A DNA stretch of 40,761 nt. It comes from Mycobacteriales bacterium. GTDB taxonomy: Bacteria > Actinomycetota > Actinomycetes > DATLTS01. Positions 1-12,931 of this stretch are shown here, piece after piece (position 1 is the first letter of the stretch; each line of letters begins with the position of its first letter). The position numbers and the translations under genes were made by a program. The notes beneath the pieces are model-generated. The model saw only the letters and a list, made by a program, of their open reading frames with translations. It was not told where the DNA came from and did not search any database. Location of the stretch: contig DATLTS010000021.1 of NCBI GenBank assembly GCA_035533475.1, positions 1 through 40,761 on the forward strand, given 5' to 3'.

Positions 1-1
1 C

Positions 2-121
2 GCGAAAGCCTTCTGCCGGCTGCGCTCCTACCTCGACACCGCCCGCAAACAAGGCCAACCAGCTCTGGCCGTCCTACGCATGCTCCACGACAGTGGGCCC
101 TGGATCCCCGCCATCGCCTGA
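2..121 (+). mobile_element. 3' end of a transposase gene, cut off by the window edge; only the C-terminal 39 codons are present
   Basis: Frame-2 translation AKAFCRLRSYLDTARKQGQPALAVLRMLHDSGPWIPAIA ends at TGA 119-121. The ...R(S/G)YLSTxRKQG...G.PW.P motif matches my recollection of DDE transposase C-termini (IS66-family-like). No inverted repeat could be identified. Confidence 0.35.
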
Positions 122-313
122 GCGGGCGGCTGAGTAGTTACCGAATATCAAGCTCCCGACGTCACTCGGTACGCGTCGTGTAGCTCCGGCCCAGCGGCGT
201 GCGCCCGCGCCTACCGAACGTTCCGCAGCCGAGCGAAAACGGCGAATCTATCGGGTCACTCAGCGATCTTCCCCGACCGGCCAGCGCGGTGAGCGCGCTC
301 GGGCCCACTCCGA

Positions 314-532
314 TCACAGCAGTGCCACGAACTCCTCAACCGATAGACCAGCCTGACGCAGGATCGACCGTAGTGTGCCCGGCGCCAGGTCGCGGTGCAA
401 CGGGACGACGACTGTCCGCTCAGCTCGCCGGAGCTTGACATGACTACCGCGTTGGCTGATCCGTTCAAAACCGGACTTGGATAGCGCCGCGACGACGTCA
501 GCTCCCGAACGGACGGGGAGCGCCGGGCTCAC
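314..532 (-). CDS. hicA: HicA-family type II toxin (mRNA interferase), 72 aa
   Basis: C-terminal sequence ...SGFERISQRGSHVKLRRAERTVVVPLHRDLAPGTLRSILRQAGL carries the HicA GSHxxxxhP...GTLxSIlkQAGL signature. The GTG start lies in a GTGA overlap with the hicB stop (minus strand, plus 529-532 = tcac). Confidence 0.8.
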   Translation of the reverse strand: MSPALPVRSGADVVAALSKSGFERISQRGSHVKLRRAERTVVVPLHRDLAPGTLRSILRQAGLSVEEFVALL

Positions 533-729
533 GCAGAGAGCTCGACCGTGGCGATGATCGGCGGCTCGACTACGTCGGGAATCGGTTGGTCTTCGAAGTA
601 CAACTCGAGGGCCTCCTGCAGGTTTGCAAGCGCCTCCTCGACAGTGCTCCCCTGGCTTGTCACCTCGACCTCGAGGCAGCGCGCTACGCGCCAACCGCCC
701 TCGTGAGTGACCGCCGCAGTGAACTGCAT
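529..729 (-). CDS. hicB: HicB-family antitoxin, 66 aa
   Basis: MQFTAAVTHEGGWRVARCLEVEVTSQGSTVEEALANLQEALELYFE is a typical HicB/UPF0150 RNase-H-like fold sequence. It sits immediately upstream of hicA and is translationally coupled to it (antitoxin-first order). Confidence 0.8.
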   Translation of the reverse strand: MQFTAAVTHEGGWRVARCLEVEVTSQGSTVEEALANLQEALELYFEDQPIPDVVEPPIIATVELSA

Positions 730-813
730 GGCCCCATGGTACGGCGGGTGCTCGCATCCCCCCGTGCTAACGCGGCAAACCCACCCGCAGTTTACGACGC
801 CGGCGCTGGTGAG

Positions 814-2283
814 CTACTTCTTGGGCGCGTCGTCCGACGAGGATTTCGAGGCCAAGCTCGGGGGCGATGAGGCGCCGGATACCTCGCGACCTGACCGGGC
901 AGGAGTCGAGCCGCTCGCGCCATCGGGGTGGGCCGAGTCGACATGGCCATGCCCGTCTGGGCTAGCCGGGTCGATCGTTCCGAGCGACCTCCGGAGCGCT
1001 TCATAGATCGACAGGCCTTGGCCCACCACACCCGCGACTGCCTGATTCACCCCCTCCGTGCCGCTGAGCACCGTCAGGTGGGAACCAGCGATCCCCTTGG
1101 CAGCCGCATCGACCAGGGCAGGCAACACGTCGATCAGCTTGTTCGCAGCAATGAGCGCCTGGTTACCGCCAGTGAGCGCATCGGCTCGGACGTTGATCGC
1201 CTCTGCCTCCGCGGCAGCGACGGCACGTTGCGCGTAGGCATCCCCGTCGGCATGGGCCTTCTTCGCTTCCGCGTCCGCCGCTGCCTGAACCTTCAGGGCG
1301 TCTGCTTCCGCCTCCGCCAGCGTGCGCCGTCGGTTGGCCTCGGCTTCGGTGTTGAGCTTGGTGGTGACTCGTCCGGCTTCAGCCAAGGTCCGTTGCTTGA
1401 ATGCCTCGGCCTCGGTCGAGAGCTTCGTCGTGTCACGGTCGGCCTCGGCGAGGGTCCGCTGCTTATAGGCCGCCGCATCGGCTGGTCGACGGACCTCCGA
1501 CTCGAGCTGCTTTTCGGTGAGCTGCGCCGTCCGCTCGGCGAGCTGGGTCTGCTCGGTGATGACTTCCTGGGTCGCCTTCGCCTGAGCCAAAGGGCCAGCC
1601 TGCGCCGCTCTGGCTTTGGCCTCCTCGGTCTCGGCCGCAAAGCCCGCCTGCTTGATCTCGGTGTCCCGCACGTACTGGGCTCGCAGGGCAGCTGCCTCCT
1701 GTTCGCGCTGGGTCGCCTCTTGATCGGCCTTCGCCGCCGCGATCCGGGCCTGGCTAGCTACCGCTGCGGCGTGCGGCGCGGCGATGTTGTTGATGTACCC
1801 GGTGGAGTCCTCGATCTCCTGGATCTGAAGGGAGTCCACTACGATGCCGAGCTTCTCCATCTCGCCGTGGCTGCCGTCCTTCACCTCCTGTGCCAGCCGG
1901 TCGCGCTCCCTGATGATCTCTTCCACCGTCAGGCTGCCGATGATCGAGCGAAGGTGGCCGGCGAAGATCCGACCGACTAGCTCTTCCATCCGATCTTGCT
2001 CGGAGAGAAACCGGCGGGCGGCGTTGGCAATCGACACGGGGTCGTCGCCGATCTTGAACGCCGCGATAGCGCGGATCTTGAGTCGGATGCCCTGGGTAGT
2101 GATGCATTCCTCGACGACCTCAGCCTCACGCAACGACAGGGACAGGATGCGGGCCTTCTGCTTGACGGGCAGCACGAAGCTGCCGTGTCCGGTGACGATG
2201 CGAAACTGCGTGTCCTGAGCCTTCCGTCTCGACCCCGAGATGAGAAGGGCTTCGTTAGGTGCTGGGACCTGCCAGAACAACAT
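814..2283 (-). CDS. floT: Flotillin / SPFH (band-7) family protein, 489 aa
   Basis: N-terminus PAPNEALLISGSRR...FRIVTGHGSFVLP is followed by an SPFH domain and a long Ala/Glu/Gln/Arg-rich coiled-coil (EA-repeat) region, as in FloT/YqiK. Preceded by a small NfeD-like gene. Confidence 0.85.
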   Translation of the reverse strand: MLFWQVPAPNEALLISGSRRKAQDTQFRIVTGHGSFVLPVKQKARILSLSLREAEVVEECITTQGIRLKIRAIAAFKIGDDPVSIANAARRFLSEQDRMEELVGRIFAGHLRSIIGSLTVEEIIRERDRLAQEVKDGSHGEMEKLGIVVDSLQIQEIEDSTGYINNIAAPHAAAVASQARIAAAKADQEATQREQEAAALRAQYVRDTEIKQAGFAAETEEAKARAAQAGPLAQAKATQEVITEQTQLAERTAQLTEKQLESEVRRPADAAAYKQRTLAEADRDTTKLSTEAEAFKQRTLAEAGRVTTKLNTEAEANRRRTLAEAEADALKVQAAADAEAKKAHADGDAYAQRAVAAAEAEAINVRADALTGGNQALIAANKLIDVLPALVDAAAKGIAGSHLTVLSGTEGVNQAVAGVVGQGLSIYEALRRSLGTIDPASPDGHGHVDSAHPDGASGSTPARSGREVSGASSPPSLASKSSSDDAPKK

Positions 2284-2316
2284 CGTTTTCCCCTTAGAGT
2301 CCTTGTGCCGGCCTCG

Positions 2317-2523
2317 TCAGACAGGCGTGACATCCACAGACCGTCCGGAACGACACTCGACCACGACGACCCTGGTGAACTTCGGGATCGGCTCATCGGA
2401 GAACGCCGCGTACGCTTCGGTGCCTCCACGCACCGGCAGCACCACCTCGCCCGGACGGTCGGGCAGGATGGGAACGGTCACATGTCCTACGGTGCCGATC
2501 AGATCTTGGTCGAGATCCTCCAC
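2317..2523 (-). CDS. NfeD-like short protein (OB-fold C-terminal domain), the flotillin partner, 68 aa
   Basis: Gly-rich beta-strand sequence GTVGHVTVPILPDRPGEVVLPVRGGTEAYAAFSDEPIPKFTRVVVVE is typical of the YuaF/NfeD OB-fold. It lies 33 bp upstream of the flotillin gene on the same strand. Confidence 0.6.
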   Translation of the reverse strand: MEDLDQDLIGTVGHVTVPILPDRPGEVVLPVRGGTEAYAAFSDEPIPKFTRVVVVECRSGRSVDVTPV

Positions 2524-2792
2524 CGCTGCCTATCCCTTCGAGTTCCGGCCTGAAATGTAGCCCGCGCGACGCCCGGGCGCGAAGCGGCATCACGGCCCAC
2601 ACTCGGTCAAGGGCGGCAGGCCACGCGAGCGTGAGCCGGCCATGGCATACACGAGTCCAACGATGTGCCGCACACCAATGCACCGACGATGCCGCCACCC
2701 GGCCGCTCGTGAACCCAGCGCAGACGCGAGCCCCCGTGGGCACAGGCAGCGCTGGACGTGCCCCCCGGGTCAGGGCAAGGCGCAGCTCGGAA

Positions 2793-5117
<2,325 letters not shown>

Positions 5118-5189
5118 GCACCGCTCCTCGGGCTGCAGGGCTCTACCCGAGCATAACGACGGGCCGGCCCCGGACCTTCCGGATGTCGC

Positions 5190-5726
5190 TCAGATCGAGA
5201 GCAGCGCGTGGACATTCGACGCAGGTAGCGCCCGACGTCCCTCGAGGGTGCGCAGCTCGAGCAGCACGCTGACCCCGAGCACCTGTCCGCCGGCTCGTTC
5301 CACCAGCCCGGCGGCGGCAGCAGCGGTCCCGCCGGTGGCCAGGACGTCGTCGACGATGAGCACCCGGTCCCCCGGGCCGAACGCGTCCCGGTGCACCTCG
5401 AGCGTCGCCGTGCCGTACTCGAGCGCGTAGTCCGCGTCGAGGGTCGCCGCCGGGAGCTTCCCGTGCTTTCGGACCGGCACGAATCCGGCCCCGAGGTGGT
5501 AGGCGACCGGGGCGGCGAGGATGAATCCGCGAGCCTCGATCCCGACCACCTTGTCGACAGCGCCCCGCCCGTACTGAGCACCGATCGCCTCGACCACGCC
5601 GGCGAACGCGACGGGATCGGCGAGCAGGGGCGTGATGTCCTGGAATCGGATCCCCGACGTTGGAAAGTCCGGAACCTCGCGGATCAGCTCGCGTAGTCGG
5701 GTCGCTAGGTCGGGGATCACGGCCAC
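5190..5726 (-). CDS. apt: Adenine phosphoribosyltransferase
   Basis: FPTSGIRFQDITPLL...VVGIEARGFILAAPVA...VLIVDDVLATGGT PRTase motifs. The 230-aa ORF carries an Arg-rich N-terminal extension; the start is placed at the GTG before VAVIPDLATRL by comparison with E. coli Apt length, which is approximate. Confidence 0.85.
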   Translation of the reverse strand: MAVIPDLATRLRELIREVPDFPTSGIRFQDITPLLADPVAFAGVVEAIGAQYGRGAVDKVVGIEARGFILAAPVAYHLGAGFVPVRKHGKLPAATLDADYALEYGTATLEVHRDAFGPGDRVLIVDDVLATGGTAAAAAGLVERAGGQVLGVSVLLELRTLEGRRALPASNVHALLSI

Positions 5727-5748
5727 CGGCCGGTCGGCGGCCGTGCCG

Positions 5749-6912
5749 TCACCGTCGCCGCTTCTTGCCGGGCCGGCCCCGCCCACCCTTGCGTCGCGGC
5801 GGTGCGGGTCGTGGTCGGCTGCCCGCCGCCGGCCGGGTCGCCGCCGGCGCGCGGGGAACGGTCGTCGGATCCTCGACCGCACCGACCCCCGCCACCGCGA
5901 CGGCCGGCTCTGGACCCCGGGTCGCCGCCGGCGCGACGGCCTGCTTGCTCCGGCTGAGCGCTACCCGCTTCGCGAGGGCCACGAACTGCGGTTCGCGTTC
6001 CTTGAGGTCGCAGACCAGTGGGGTGGCGATGAAGATCGAGGAGTAGGCCCCGGAAGCCAACCCGATGAACAGGGCGAGCGCAAGATCCTTCAGCGAGCCC
6101 GCCCCGAGCAGGCCGGCCCCGATGATGAGCAGCCCGGCCACCGGGAGGAGGGCGATGACGGAGGTGTTGATCGACCGGACCAGCGTTTGGTTAACCGCCA
6201 GGTTCGCCGCGTCGGAGAACGTCATCCGGCTGCCGCCAGCCAAGCCCTGGGTGTTCTCCCGGACCTTGTCGAAGACGACCACGGTGTCGTAGAGCGAGTA
6301 CCCGAGGATGGTGAGCAGTGCGATGACCGTCGACGGGCTCACCTCGAATCGGGACAGCGAATAGATCCCGGCCGTGATCACCAAGTCGTGGATGAGGGCG
6401 ACGATCGCGGCGAACGCCATCTTCGGCTCGAAGCGGATGGACAGGTAGGCGACGACCACGACGAGGAAGACCGCCAGGCTCTCCAGCGCCTTGTTCGTGA
6501 TCTGACCTCCCCAGGTGGCGCCCACCGACGTCGAGCTGAGGCCCTTGGTGGGAACGCCGAGTTTGCTCTGGATGCTCTGCTCGACCGTCGTCAGCTCGCC
6601 TTCGGGGAGCGTCTTCGTGTCGACGATGAACGAGGTCGCCGACCCGCTGCCGGCCTGTTGCACGACGGAATCCGACAGCCCGAGGCCGCCGAACAGGGTC
6701 CGCACGTCGGAGATCGAGTGGCCTTCGGTCGGGAACCGGAACTCCGCGCCCCCCTTGAAGTCGATCGTCGGGTTGATCCCCACGAGGGCCAGGCTGAGAA
6801 CACTGACCAGCAGGACGAGGCCGGAACCGAGATACCACCATCGGCGATGGCCGATGAAGTCGTAGGAGATCTGCCCGGTGTAGAGCCGGTAGGCGAATCC
6901 ACGACGCGCCAT
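5749..6912 (-). CDS. secF: Protein translocase subunit SecF
   Basis: SecF/RND-like membrane domain (FDKVRENT, SINTSVIALLPV). The start is taken at the internal ATG (MARRGFAYRLY) 1 nt after the secD stop. The Ala/Pro-rich C-terminal tail is typical of actinobacteria. Confidence 0.9.
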   Translation of the reverse strand: MARRGFAYRLYTGQISYDFIGHRRWWYLGSGLVLLVSVLSLALVGINPTIDFKGGAEFRFPTEGHSISDVRTLFGGLGLSDSVVQQAGSGSATSFIVDTKTLPEGELTTVEQSIQSKLGVPTKGLSSTSVGATWGGQITNKALESLAVFLVVVVAYLSIRFEPKMAFAAIVALIHDLVITAGIYSLSRFEVSPSTVIALLTILGYSLYDTVVVFDKVRENTQGLAGGSRMTFSDAANLAVNQTLVRSINTSVIALLPVAGLLIIGAGLLGAGSLKDLALALFIGLASGAYSSIFIATPLVCDLKEREPQFVALAKRVALSRSKQAVAPAATRGPEPAVAVAGVGAVEDPTTVPRAPAATRPAAGSRPRPAPPRRKGGRGRPGKKRRR

Positions 6913-6913
6913 G

Positions 6914-8665
6914 TCAGCCCCGCCCTCGTGGCGCCGCCGGCCGGCCGGTGGGGGGGAGCCGGCGCTCCTCTTCGTGGGCCGTCCCCATCCGGGCCGCCCC
7001 GAGTCCGGAGAAAGCACCGCCGGACCGGAACAGCCGGGTTCGGACGAGGAAGGTCAGCATCGGCTTGGTGAACAAGAAGACGATGAACAGGTCGCAGATC
7101 GTCGACAAACCGAGGGTGAAGGCGAACCCGCGAACGTCGCTAACCGACCACAGGTAAAGGACGATGGCGGCGAGCAGGGAGACGGTGTCCGCGGACAGGA
7201 TCGTCCGCCGCGCGCGCGGCCAGGCGAACTCGACCGCGCTGCGCAGCGTGCGCCCCTCCCGTACCGAGTCCCGGAGCCGCTCGAAGAAGACGACGAAAGA
7301 GTCCGCGGTGATTCCGACCGCCACGATGAAACCGGCGATGCCGGCGAGGGTCAGGGTGTAACCGATGGTGTCGCCCAGCACGGTGACCAGGGCGTAGAGC
7401 AGGACCGCGGAAAGGGCGAGGCTGGCGACGGTCACGAAGCCGAGCCCGCGGTAGTAGACCAGGGAGTAGACGACGACGAGGCCCAACCCGATCGCCCCGG
7501 CGATCAGGCCGCCGCGCAGCTGAGCGGACCCGAGGGTCGGTGACACCGTCTCGATGGTCGCCTTGGACAGGTGGACCGGCAGGGCACCGTACGAGAGCTC
7601 GTTGGCGAGCAACTTGGCGTCGGTCTCGGTGAACGTGCCGCTGATAATGGTCTGCCCGCTGGTGATCGCACCCTGGTTCACCGTGGGGGCGGAGTCGACC
7701 ACCCCGTCGAGAACGACCGCGATCTCGTTGCAGCCGGTCGGCGGGAGGCAGGCGGCGGCCTGCGGACTCGGCAGCTTGAAGGCCTGCCCCGTGAGGTTCG
7801 CCCACAGGCCGGTGCCCTGGCCGTTGAAGTTGAGGTTGACGACCCACTGCCCGGTGCCCTGCTGATCCAGCCCGGCGGAGGCGCTGGAGATCATCGATCC
7901 CTCGACCGTCGCCGGCCCGAGCAGGTACTTGATCGTATGGCTCGAATCGCAGGCGAGGATCCAGTCGCTCGGCAGGTCCGGCGGGGGGTTGTTCAGGTTG
8001 GGCGGGAAGATCGGGTCGGGGTCCTTCGCGCAGTCCAGCTGATTGAACGCCACCTGCGACAGGGGCGAGTTCGGCGTGAACTGCGCGGCGCTCGGGATGC
8101 CGCTCGGGCTGGCCGTCGGGCTCGGGGTCGCCGCCGCCGGCGTCGCGGCGGGCTTCGGGCTGGGGCTCGACCGGGCGGTCGGGCTAGCGGTCGGCAGGGT
8201 GACGATCGCGGCGCCGGCCTTCTTCTTAGCCGGCGATTTGGTCGGCACTGCCTTCAGGCTCGGAACTGGCGCCGGGGCGGTGACGCTTCCGGCGGCGAAC
8301 TCCAGGACCAGCCGGAAGCGCAGCTGAGCGACCTTCTCCAGGCTGTTGATCAGGGCCTCCCTCCCGGTACCCGGGACTTCGATCTTGATGTCGCTGTTGC
8401 CCTGCGTGGTCACCGTCGCCGAGGTCACCCCGCTGCCGTTGACCCGGGCGGTGATGATGTTCGCGGTCTCCTGGAGCTGGCTCTTGGTCACCTGGCCGTG
8501 CGGCACGGTTGCGGTAAGGACGGCGCTGGTGCCGCCCCGCAGGTCGAGGCCGAGCTGGGGCGCGTGCTGGGGGCCGAGGAACACCCCGAGGTAGAGCCCG
8601 ACCACGACGAGCGCCACGACGCCCAGGGACCGGCCGGGGCGCGGCGTCGGACTGCGAGAGGCCAC
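6914..8665 (-). CDS. secD: Protein translocase subunit SecD (with actinobacterial Pro/Ala/Ser/Thr linker)
   Basis: LGLDLRGGTSAVL, the periplasmic P1 domain, and C-terminal RND-like transmembrane helices. A PAKKK/PSPT-rich low-complexity linker is present. Confidence 0.92.
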   Translation of the reverse strand: MASRSPTPRPGRSLGVVALVVVGLYLGVFLGPQHAPQLGLDLRGGTSAVLTATVPHGQVTKSQLQETANIITARVNGSGVTSATVTTQGNSDIKIEVPGTGREALINSLEKVAQLRFRLVLEFAAGSVTAPAPVPSLKAVPTKSPAKKKAGAAIVTLPTASPTARSSPSPKPAATPAAATPSPTASPSGIPSAAQFTPNSPLSQVAFNQLDCAKDPDPIFPPNLNNPPPDLPSDWILACDSSHTIKYLLGPATVEGSMISSASAGLDQQGTGQWVVNLNFNGQGTGLWANLTGQAFKLPSPQAAACLPPTGCNEIAVVLDGVVDSAPTVNQGAITSGQTIISGTFTETDAKLLANELSYGALPVHLSKATIETVSPTLGSAQLRGGLIAGAIGLGLVVVYSLVYYRGLGFVTVASLALSAVLLYALVTVLGDTIGYTLTLAGIAGFIVAVGITADSFVVFFERLRDSVREGRTLRSAVEFAWPRARRTILSADTVSLLAAIVLYLWSVSDVRGFAFTLGLSTICDLFIVFLFTKPMLTFLVRTRLFRSGGAFSGLGAARMGTAHEEERRLPPTGRPAAPRGRG

Positions 8666-8719
8666 AGCTGTTCTCTTTCGGGTCGGGGGACGGCGGGCGC
8701 GCGGCCCTTATCCCGTCGG

Positions 8720-9268
8720 TCAGGCCTGCGGATTCTCCTCCGGCGGCGGGTCGCCGGTTTTCTCCCCGGTCGACCCGGAGCCCGGTTCGGGTGTGTCCGA
8801 GGAGCCGTGCGGCAGCTCCGGGGCCGGCGCCACCCCGGCCGTCGGCTCATCCGGCAAGCCGTGGTCCTCCGCGGGCTCGGGGCCCGGCTCGTCCCTCGGA
8901 TCTGTGGGATCGCCCGCGGCGTGCTCCTGCTCGGGCAGTTCGGGGACCTCCTCGACCGGGGTTACGACCGCGACGACGACCCGTGGATCGAAACGGGCCC
9001 GGACCCCGGGCGCGATCTCGAGCACGAGGTAGTCCGCGTCCACCGAGACCACGGTGGCGTAGAGCCCGGCGTTCGTCCGGACCTCCGCTCCGGGAACTAC
9101 CTGCTGGCGCACCGAGTCGACCTGCTGGCGACGCCGGTTGCGGCCGGGCCGCATGAACAGGAAGACCAGGCCGATGCCGAGCAGCAGGATGAAGAAGACG
9201 GCCGGCGACTGTTTCTTCGCTGGCGTCGTCGTCGCCGCCAGCAGCGCGACGAGGTGGGCGATGTGCAC
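8720..9268 (-). CDS. yajC: Preprotein translocase subunit YajC (with acidic Pro-rich C-terminal tail)
   Basis: A single transmembrane helix followed by MRPGRNRRRQQ and the VVSVDADYLVLEIAPGVRARF core. GTG start preceded by a GGAGAGG Shine-Dalgarno. Confidence 0.8.
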   Translation of the reverse strand: MHIAHLVALLAATTTPAKKQSPAVFFILLLGIGLVFLFMRPGRNRRRQQVDSVRQQVVPGAEVRTNAGLYATVVSVDADYLVLEIAPGVRARFDPRVVVAVVTPVEEVPELPEQEHAAGDPTDPRDEPGPEPAEDHGLPDEPTAGVAPAPELPHGSSDTPEPGSGSTGEKTGDPPPEENPQA

Positions 9269-9313
9269 GAAGGGACCTCTCCGGGAGACTCCGCGAGATC
9301 CTACGTGCCGCGG

Positions 9314-10351
9314 CTATCGGACCTGATCGAACAGGGTCGGGCCGGTCGAGGGCGGCGGGCTGAGCCCGAGGTGACGCCAGGCGGCGGGGGTGGCGACCCG
9401 GCCGCGCGGGGTTCGTGCGAGCAACCCCTGGCGGACGAGGAACGGCTCGGCGACCTCCTCCACGGTTTCCGGCTCCTCCCCCACCGCCACCGCCAAGGTG
9501 GACAGCCCGACCGGGCCCCCACCGAACCGGCGCAGCAGGGCATCGAGAACACCGCGGTCGAGCCGGTCGAGGCCGAGGTCGTCTACCTCGTAGAGCGCGA
9601 GCGCCGCCTCGGCGACCTCCCGGGACACGGTGCCGTCACCCCGGACCTCGGCGTAGTCGCGCACCCGGCGCAGGAGCCGGTTCGCGATCCGCGGGGTCCC
9701 GCGCGAGCGGCCGGATATCTCATCGGCGCCGCCCGAACTGAGCGTCAGACCGAGTAGACCCGCCGAACGCACCAGGACCTGCCGAAGCTCGGCGGGATCG
9801 TAAAAGTCCAGGTGAGCCACGAAGCCGAACCGGTCGCGCAGCGGGCCGGGCAGCAGACCGGCTCGAGTTGTGGCACCGACCAAGGTGAACGGTGCGACGT
9901 CGAGCGGGATCGCGGTCGCCCCGGGCCCCTTGCCGATGACCACGTCGACCCGGAAGTCCTCCATCGCCACGTAGAGCATCTCCTCGGCGGGACGGGCCAT
10001 CCGGTGGATCTCATCGAGGAAGAGCACCTCACCCTCGGTCAAGGTCGAGAGCAGCGCGGCGAGGTCACCGGCGCGCTCTATGGCCGGCCCGCTGGTGATC
10101 CGCAGCGGAGCCCCCAGCTCAGCACCGATGATCATCGCCAGGCTGGTCTTCCCCAGTCCGGGTGGACCGCAGAGCAGCACATGGTCGGGCGGTCGGCCGC
10201 GCCGCTGGGCGCCCTCCAGAACGAGGCCCAGCTGCTCGCGGACCCGCTCTTGACCGATGAACTCGGCGAGCCGACGTGGCCGTAAGGCGGCCTCGACGAC
10301 CCGCTCGTCGCCATCGGCGTAGGGCGAAACCAGCTCGGAGGTCGCGCTCAT
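9314..10351 (-). CDS. ruvB: Holliday junction branch-migration ATPase RuvB
   Basis: Walker [12 protein letters not shown], and the LDEIHRM and [16 protein letters not shown] motifs. Confidence 0.95.
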   Translation of the reverse strand: MSATSELVSPYADGDERVVEAALRPRRLAEFIGQERVREQLGLVLEGAQRRGRPPDHVLLCGPPGLGKTSLAMIIGAELGAPLRITSGPAIERAGDLAALLSTLTEGEVLFLDEIHRMARPAEEMLYVAMEDFRVDVVIGKGPGATAIPLDVAPFTLVGATTRAGLLPGPLRDRFGFVAHLDFYDPAELRQVLVRSAGLLGLTLSSGGADEISGRSRGTPRIANRLLRRVRDYAEVRGDGTVSREVAEAALALYEVDDLGLDRLDRGVLDALLRRFGGGPVGLSTLAVAVGEEPETVEEVAEPFLVRQGLLARTPRGRVATPAAWRHLGLSPPPSTGPTLFDQVR

Positions 10352-10965
10352 GCCCGGCTCAGCATCCGTAACGCCGAGCGCAGCAGGTCGGCCACCTGGG
10401 GAGCCTCGCCGATCGCCTCGGCGGCGTCAGCCTCGGGGCCCACCGCGATCAAAGCCTCGTCGACCTCGCGGCTGGTCCAGCCGAGGCCAGTGAGGGCCCC
10501 GCGCAGCTGCTCACGCCAGATCGGACCCGGCGCACCGGGCAGGCCACCGGCGGGGGCGGCTGGCCCGGCACCAAGCCGGTCCTTGAGCTCGAGCACGATC
10601 CGCTGCGCACCCTTGCGACCGATTCCGGGAACCATGGTGAGCGCGGCCACGTCCTCGGTCGCGACCGCGACCCGGACCGCCGCGGGGGCGTGCACGCCGA
10701 GCACCGCCTGGGCGAGGCGGGGTCCAACGCCGGTCGCGCTCTGGAGCAGCTCGAAGACGGCCCGCTCGTCATCGTCGAGGAAACCGAAGAGGGTGAGCGC
10801 GTCCTCGCGGACCACGAGCGAGGTGGCGAGTCGCGCCGGCTCGCCGATCCGCAACCGTGCCCTTGTCGCCGGGGTGCAGACCAGGCAGAGGCCGACGCCG
10901 CCGACCTCGATCACCGCCCCGTCCGCGGTCAGCGCGGTGACCCGCCCGCTCACGCTGGCGATCAC
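10348..10965 (-). CDS. ruvA: Holliday junction DNA helicase subunit RuvA
   Basis: [10 protein letters not shown]-terminus, and the HhH motifs [16 protein letters not shown] and [19 protein letters not shown]. The GTG start overlaps the ruvC TGA (GTGA); the ruvB start overlaps the ruvA stop (ATGA). Confidence 0.9.
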   Translation of the reverse strand: MIASVSGRVTALTADGAVIEVGGVGLCLVCTPATRARLRIGEPARLATSLVVREDALTLFGFLDDDERAVFELLQSATGVGPRLAQAVLGVHAPAAVRVAVATEDVAALTMVPGIGRKGAQRIVLELKDRLGAGPAAPAGGLPGAPGPIWREQLRGALTGLGWTSREVDEALIAVGPEADAAEAIGEAPQVADLLRSALRMLSRA

Positions 10966-11489
10966 GCGCTGCTCCGGAGCAGCGCGGCCGCGATCCGGGC
11001 GGCCGCCGCCCCGCGCCAGACATGGCAGATGGCGAGCGCGAGCGCGTCCGTCGCGTCCGCCGGGTGTGGCGCGGCGGGGAGGCCGAGCAGCCGGGTGACC
11101 ATCGCCGCGACCTGCGCCTTGCCGGCGCGACCGGATCCGGTAACGGCCGCCTTGACCTCGCTGGGGGTGTACAGAGCGACCGGCAGGCCGGCCCGGGCGG
11201 CGGTGGTCAGGGCCACGGCGCCGGCCTGCGCGGTCCCCATGACGGTTCGGACGTTGTGCTGACTGAACACTCGCTCGACCGCGACCGCATCCGGGCGGTA
11301 CTCGGCGATCCACGAGGTGATCGCCTGCTCGAGCGCGAGCAGGCGGAGAGCCACGTCTGCGCCCGGGGGAGTCCGGATCACGTCGACGGCAACCAAGCCG
11401 AGCTTGCGCCCGCTCCGACCGTCGACGACACCCAGCCCGCACCGGGTGAGCCCGGGGTCGACGCCGAGGACCCGCACCGCCACCTCCAT
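10962..11489 (-). CDS. ruvC: Crossover junction endodeoxyribonuclease RuvC
   Basis: [16 protein letters not shown] catalytic-Asp motif and an RNase-H-like fold. Confidence 0.92.
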   Translation of the reverse strand: MEVAVRVLGVDPGLTRCGLGVVDGRSGRKLGLVAVDVIRTPPGADVALRLLALEQAITSWIAEYRPDAVAVERVFSQHNVRTVMGTAQAGAVALTTAARAGLPVALYTPSEVKAAVTGSGRAGKAQVAAMVTRLLGLPAAPHPADATDALALAICHVWRGAAAARIAAALLRSSA

Positions 11490-11552
11490 CCGAACATCTG
11501 TTCGGACAGCGTAGTAGCGCCCGACGTTCCCCGCCGCGCGACGCGCCGACGG

Positions 11553-12299
11553 CTACACCGAGGCCAGAACCTCGTCGGACACGTCGAAATTGGCCCAGAC
11601 GTTCTGCACGTCGTCGCTGTCCTCGAGCGCCTCGACGAGCCGAAGCACCCGACGACCGGTCTCGTCGTCCAGCGGCACGCTCACGCTCGGCAACCAGGCG
11701 ACCTCAGCCGAGTCCACGGTCAACCCGGCGGCCTCGCAGGCCAGCCGGAGCGCGTGCGTGCCGCCGGGCTCGCAGACGATCTCGAAACCGTCACCGAGGT
11801 CGTTGACCTCCTCCGCGCCGGCATCCAGGACGGCACTGAGCACGTCGTCCTCGGTGTAGCCGTCGCCGGCGAGGAGGACGACGCCCTTCCGGTTGAACAG
11901 GTACGACACCGAGCCGGGGTCGGCCATCGTCCCCCCGCCCCGGGTCATCGCCGTCCGGACCTCGGAGGCGGCTCGGTTCCGGTTGTCGGTGAGGCACTCG
12001 ACGAGGACTGCGACGCCGCCCGGGCCGTACCCCTCGTAGGTGATCGGCTCGTAGTCGGCACCGCCGGCTTCGAGACCGGCGCCGCGCTTGACCGCGCGAT
12101 CGATGTTGTCGTTCGGCACCGAGCTCGACTTGGCCTTGGCGATCGCGTCGGCGAGGGTGGGGTTACCGGCGGGGTCGGCTCCTCCGGTGCGGGCAGCGAC
12201 TTCGACGTTCTTGATCAGCTTGGCGAAGAGCTTTCCCCGGCGAGCATCAACCACCGCCTTCTTGTGCTTGGTGGTCGCCCATTTCGAGTGACCGCTCAT
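11553..12299 (-). CDS. yebC: YebC/PmpR-family transcriptional regulatory protein
   Basis: [28 protein letters not shown] is the canonical YebC N-terminus. Confidence 0.93.
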   Translation of the reverse strand: MSGHSKWATTKHKKAVVDARRGKLFAKLIKNVEVAARTGGADPAGNPTLADAIAKAKSSSVPNDNIDRAVKRGAGLEAGGADYEPITYEGYGPGGVAVLVECLTDNRNRAASEVRTAMTRGGGTMADPGSVSYLFNRKGVVLLAGDGYTEDDVLSAVLDAGAEEVNDLGDGFEIVCEPGGTHALRLACEAAGLTVDSAEVAWLPSVSVPLDDETGRRVLRLVEALEDSDDVQNVWANFDVSDEVLASV

Positions 12300-12931
12300 C
12301 TCGTGCGCCGCCCCTTGAGCATCTCGACGAAGAGCCGGTGCACGCGCACGTCCCCGGTGAGCTCCGGATGGAATGCGGTCGCGAGCAGGTGGCCCTGGCG
12401 AACCGCCACAATCCTACCCGCCGAGCCAGCCTCGGCGTCGGACCCCGGTCCGGACGCGCCAAGCCGGGCCAGAACCTCGGCCGCCGGTCCGACCTCCTCG
12501 ACCCAGGGGGCTCGGATGAACACGGCGTGGAACGGGTCGCCAAGTCCGGCGAACGCGACCGGGCCCTCGAACGAGTCGACCTGCCGGCCGAAGGCGTTGC
12601 GCCGGACCGTCATGTCGAGCCCCCCGATGCGCGGCTGGTCCGGACCGCCGGTCATGCGCTCGGCCAGCAGGATCATCCCCGCGCAGGAGCCGAAGACCGG
12701 CAATCCCTCCCGGACGCACTCGCGCAGCGGTTCGAAGAGCCCGAACGTCGCCGCAAGCTTGCCGATCGTGGTCGACTCCCCGCCTGGGATGACCAGCCCG
12801 TCGAGGTCGTCGAGTTGCTCGGCCCGGCGGACGGCGCGGCCGTCCGCTCCAACCGCCGACAGGGCACGCAGGTGCTCGCGGACGTCACCCTGCAGCGCGA
12901 GCACGCCCACCCGGGGGCGCGCCGGGGTCAC
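12296..12931 (-). CDS. pdxT: Pyridoxal 5'-phosphate synthase glutaminase subunit PdxT
   Basis: [10 protein letters not shown]...[11 protein letters not shown]...[11 protein letters not shown]...ATAFHPELT is a class I glutamine amidotransferase triad. The stop overlaps the yebC start (ATGA). Confidence 0.93.
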   Translation of the reverse strand: MTPARPRVGVLALQGDVREHLRALSAVGADGRAVRRAEQLDDLDGLVIPGGESTTIGKLAATFGLFEPLRECVREGLPVFGSCAGMILLAERMTGGPDQPRIGGLDMTVRRNAFGRQVDSFEGPVAFAGLGDPFHAVFIRAPWVEEVGPAAEVLARLGASGPGSDAEAGSAGRIVAVRQGHLLATAFHPELTGDVRVHRLFVEMLKGRRTR

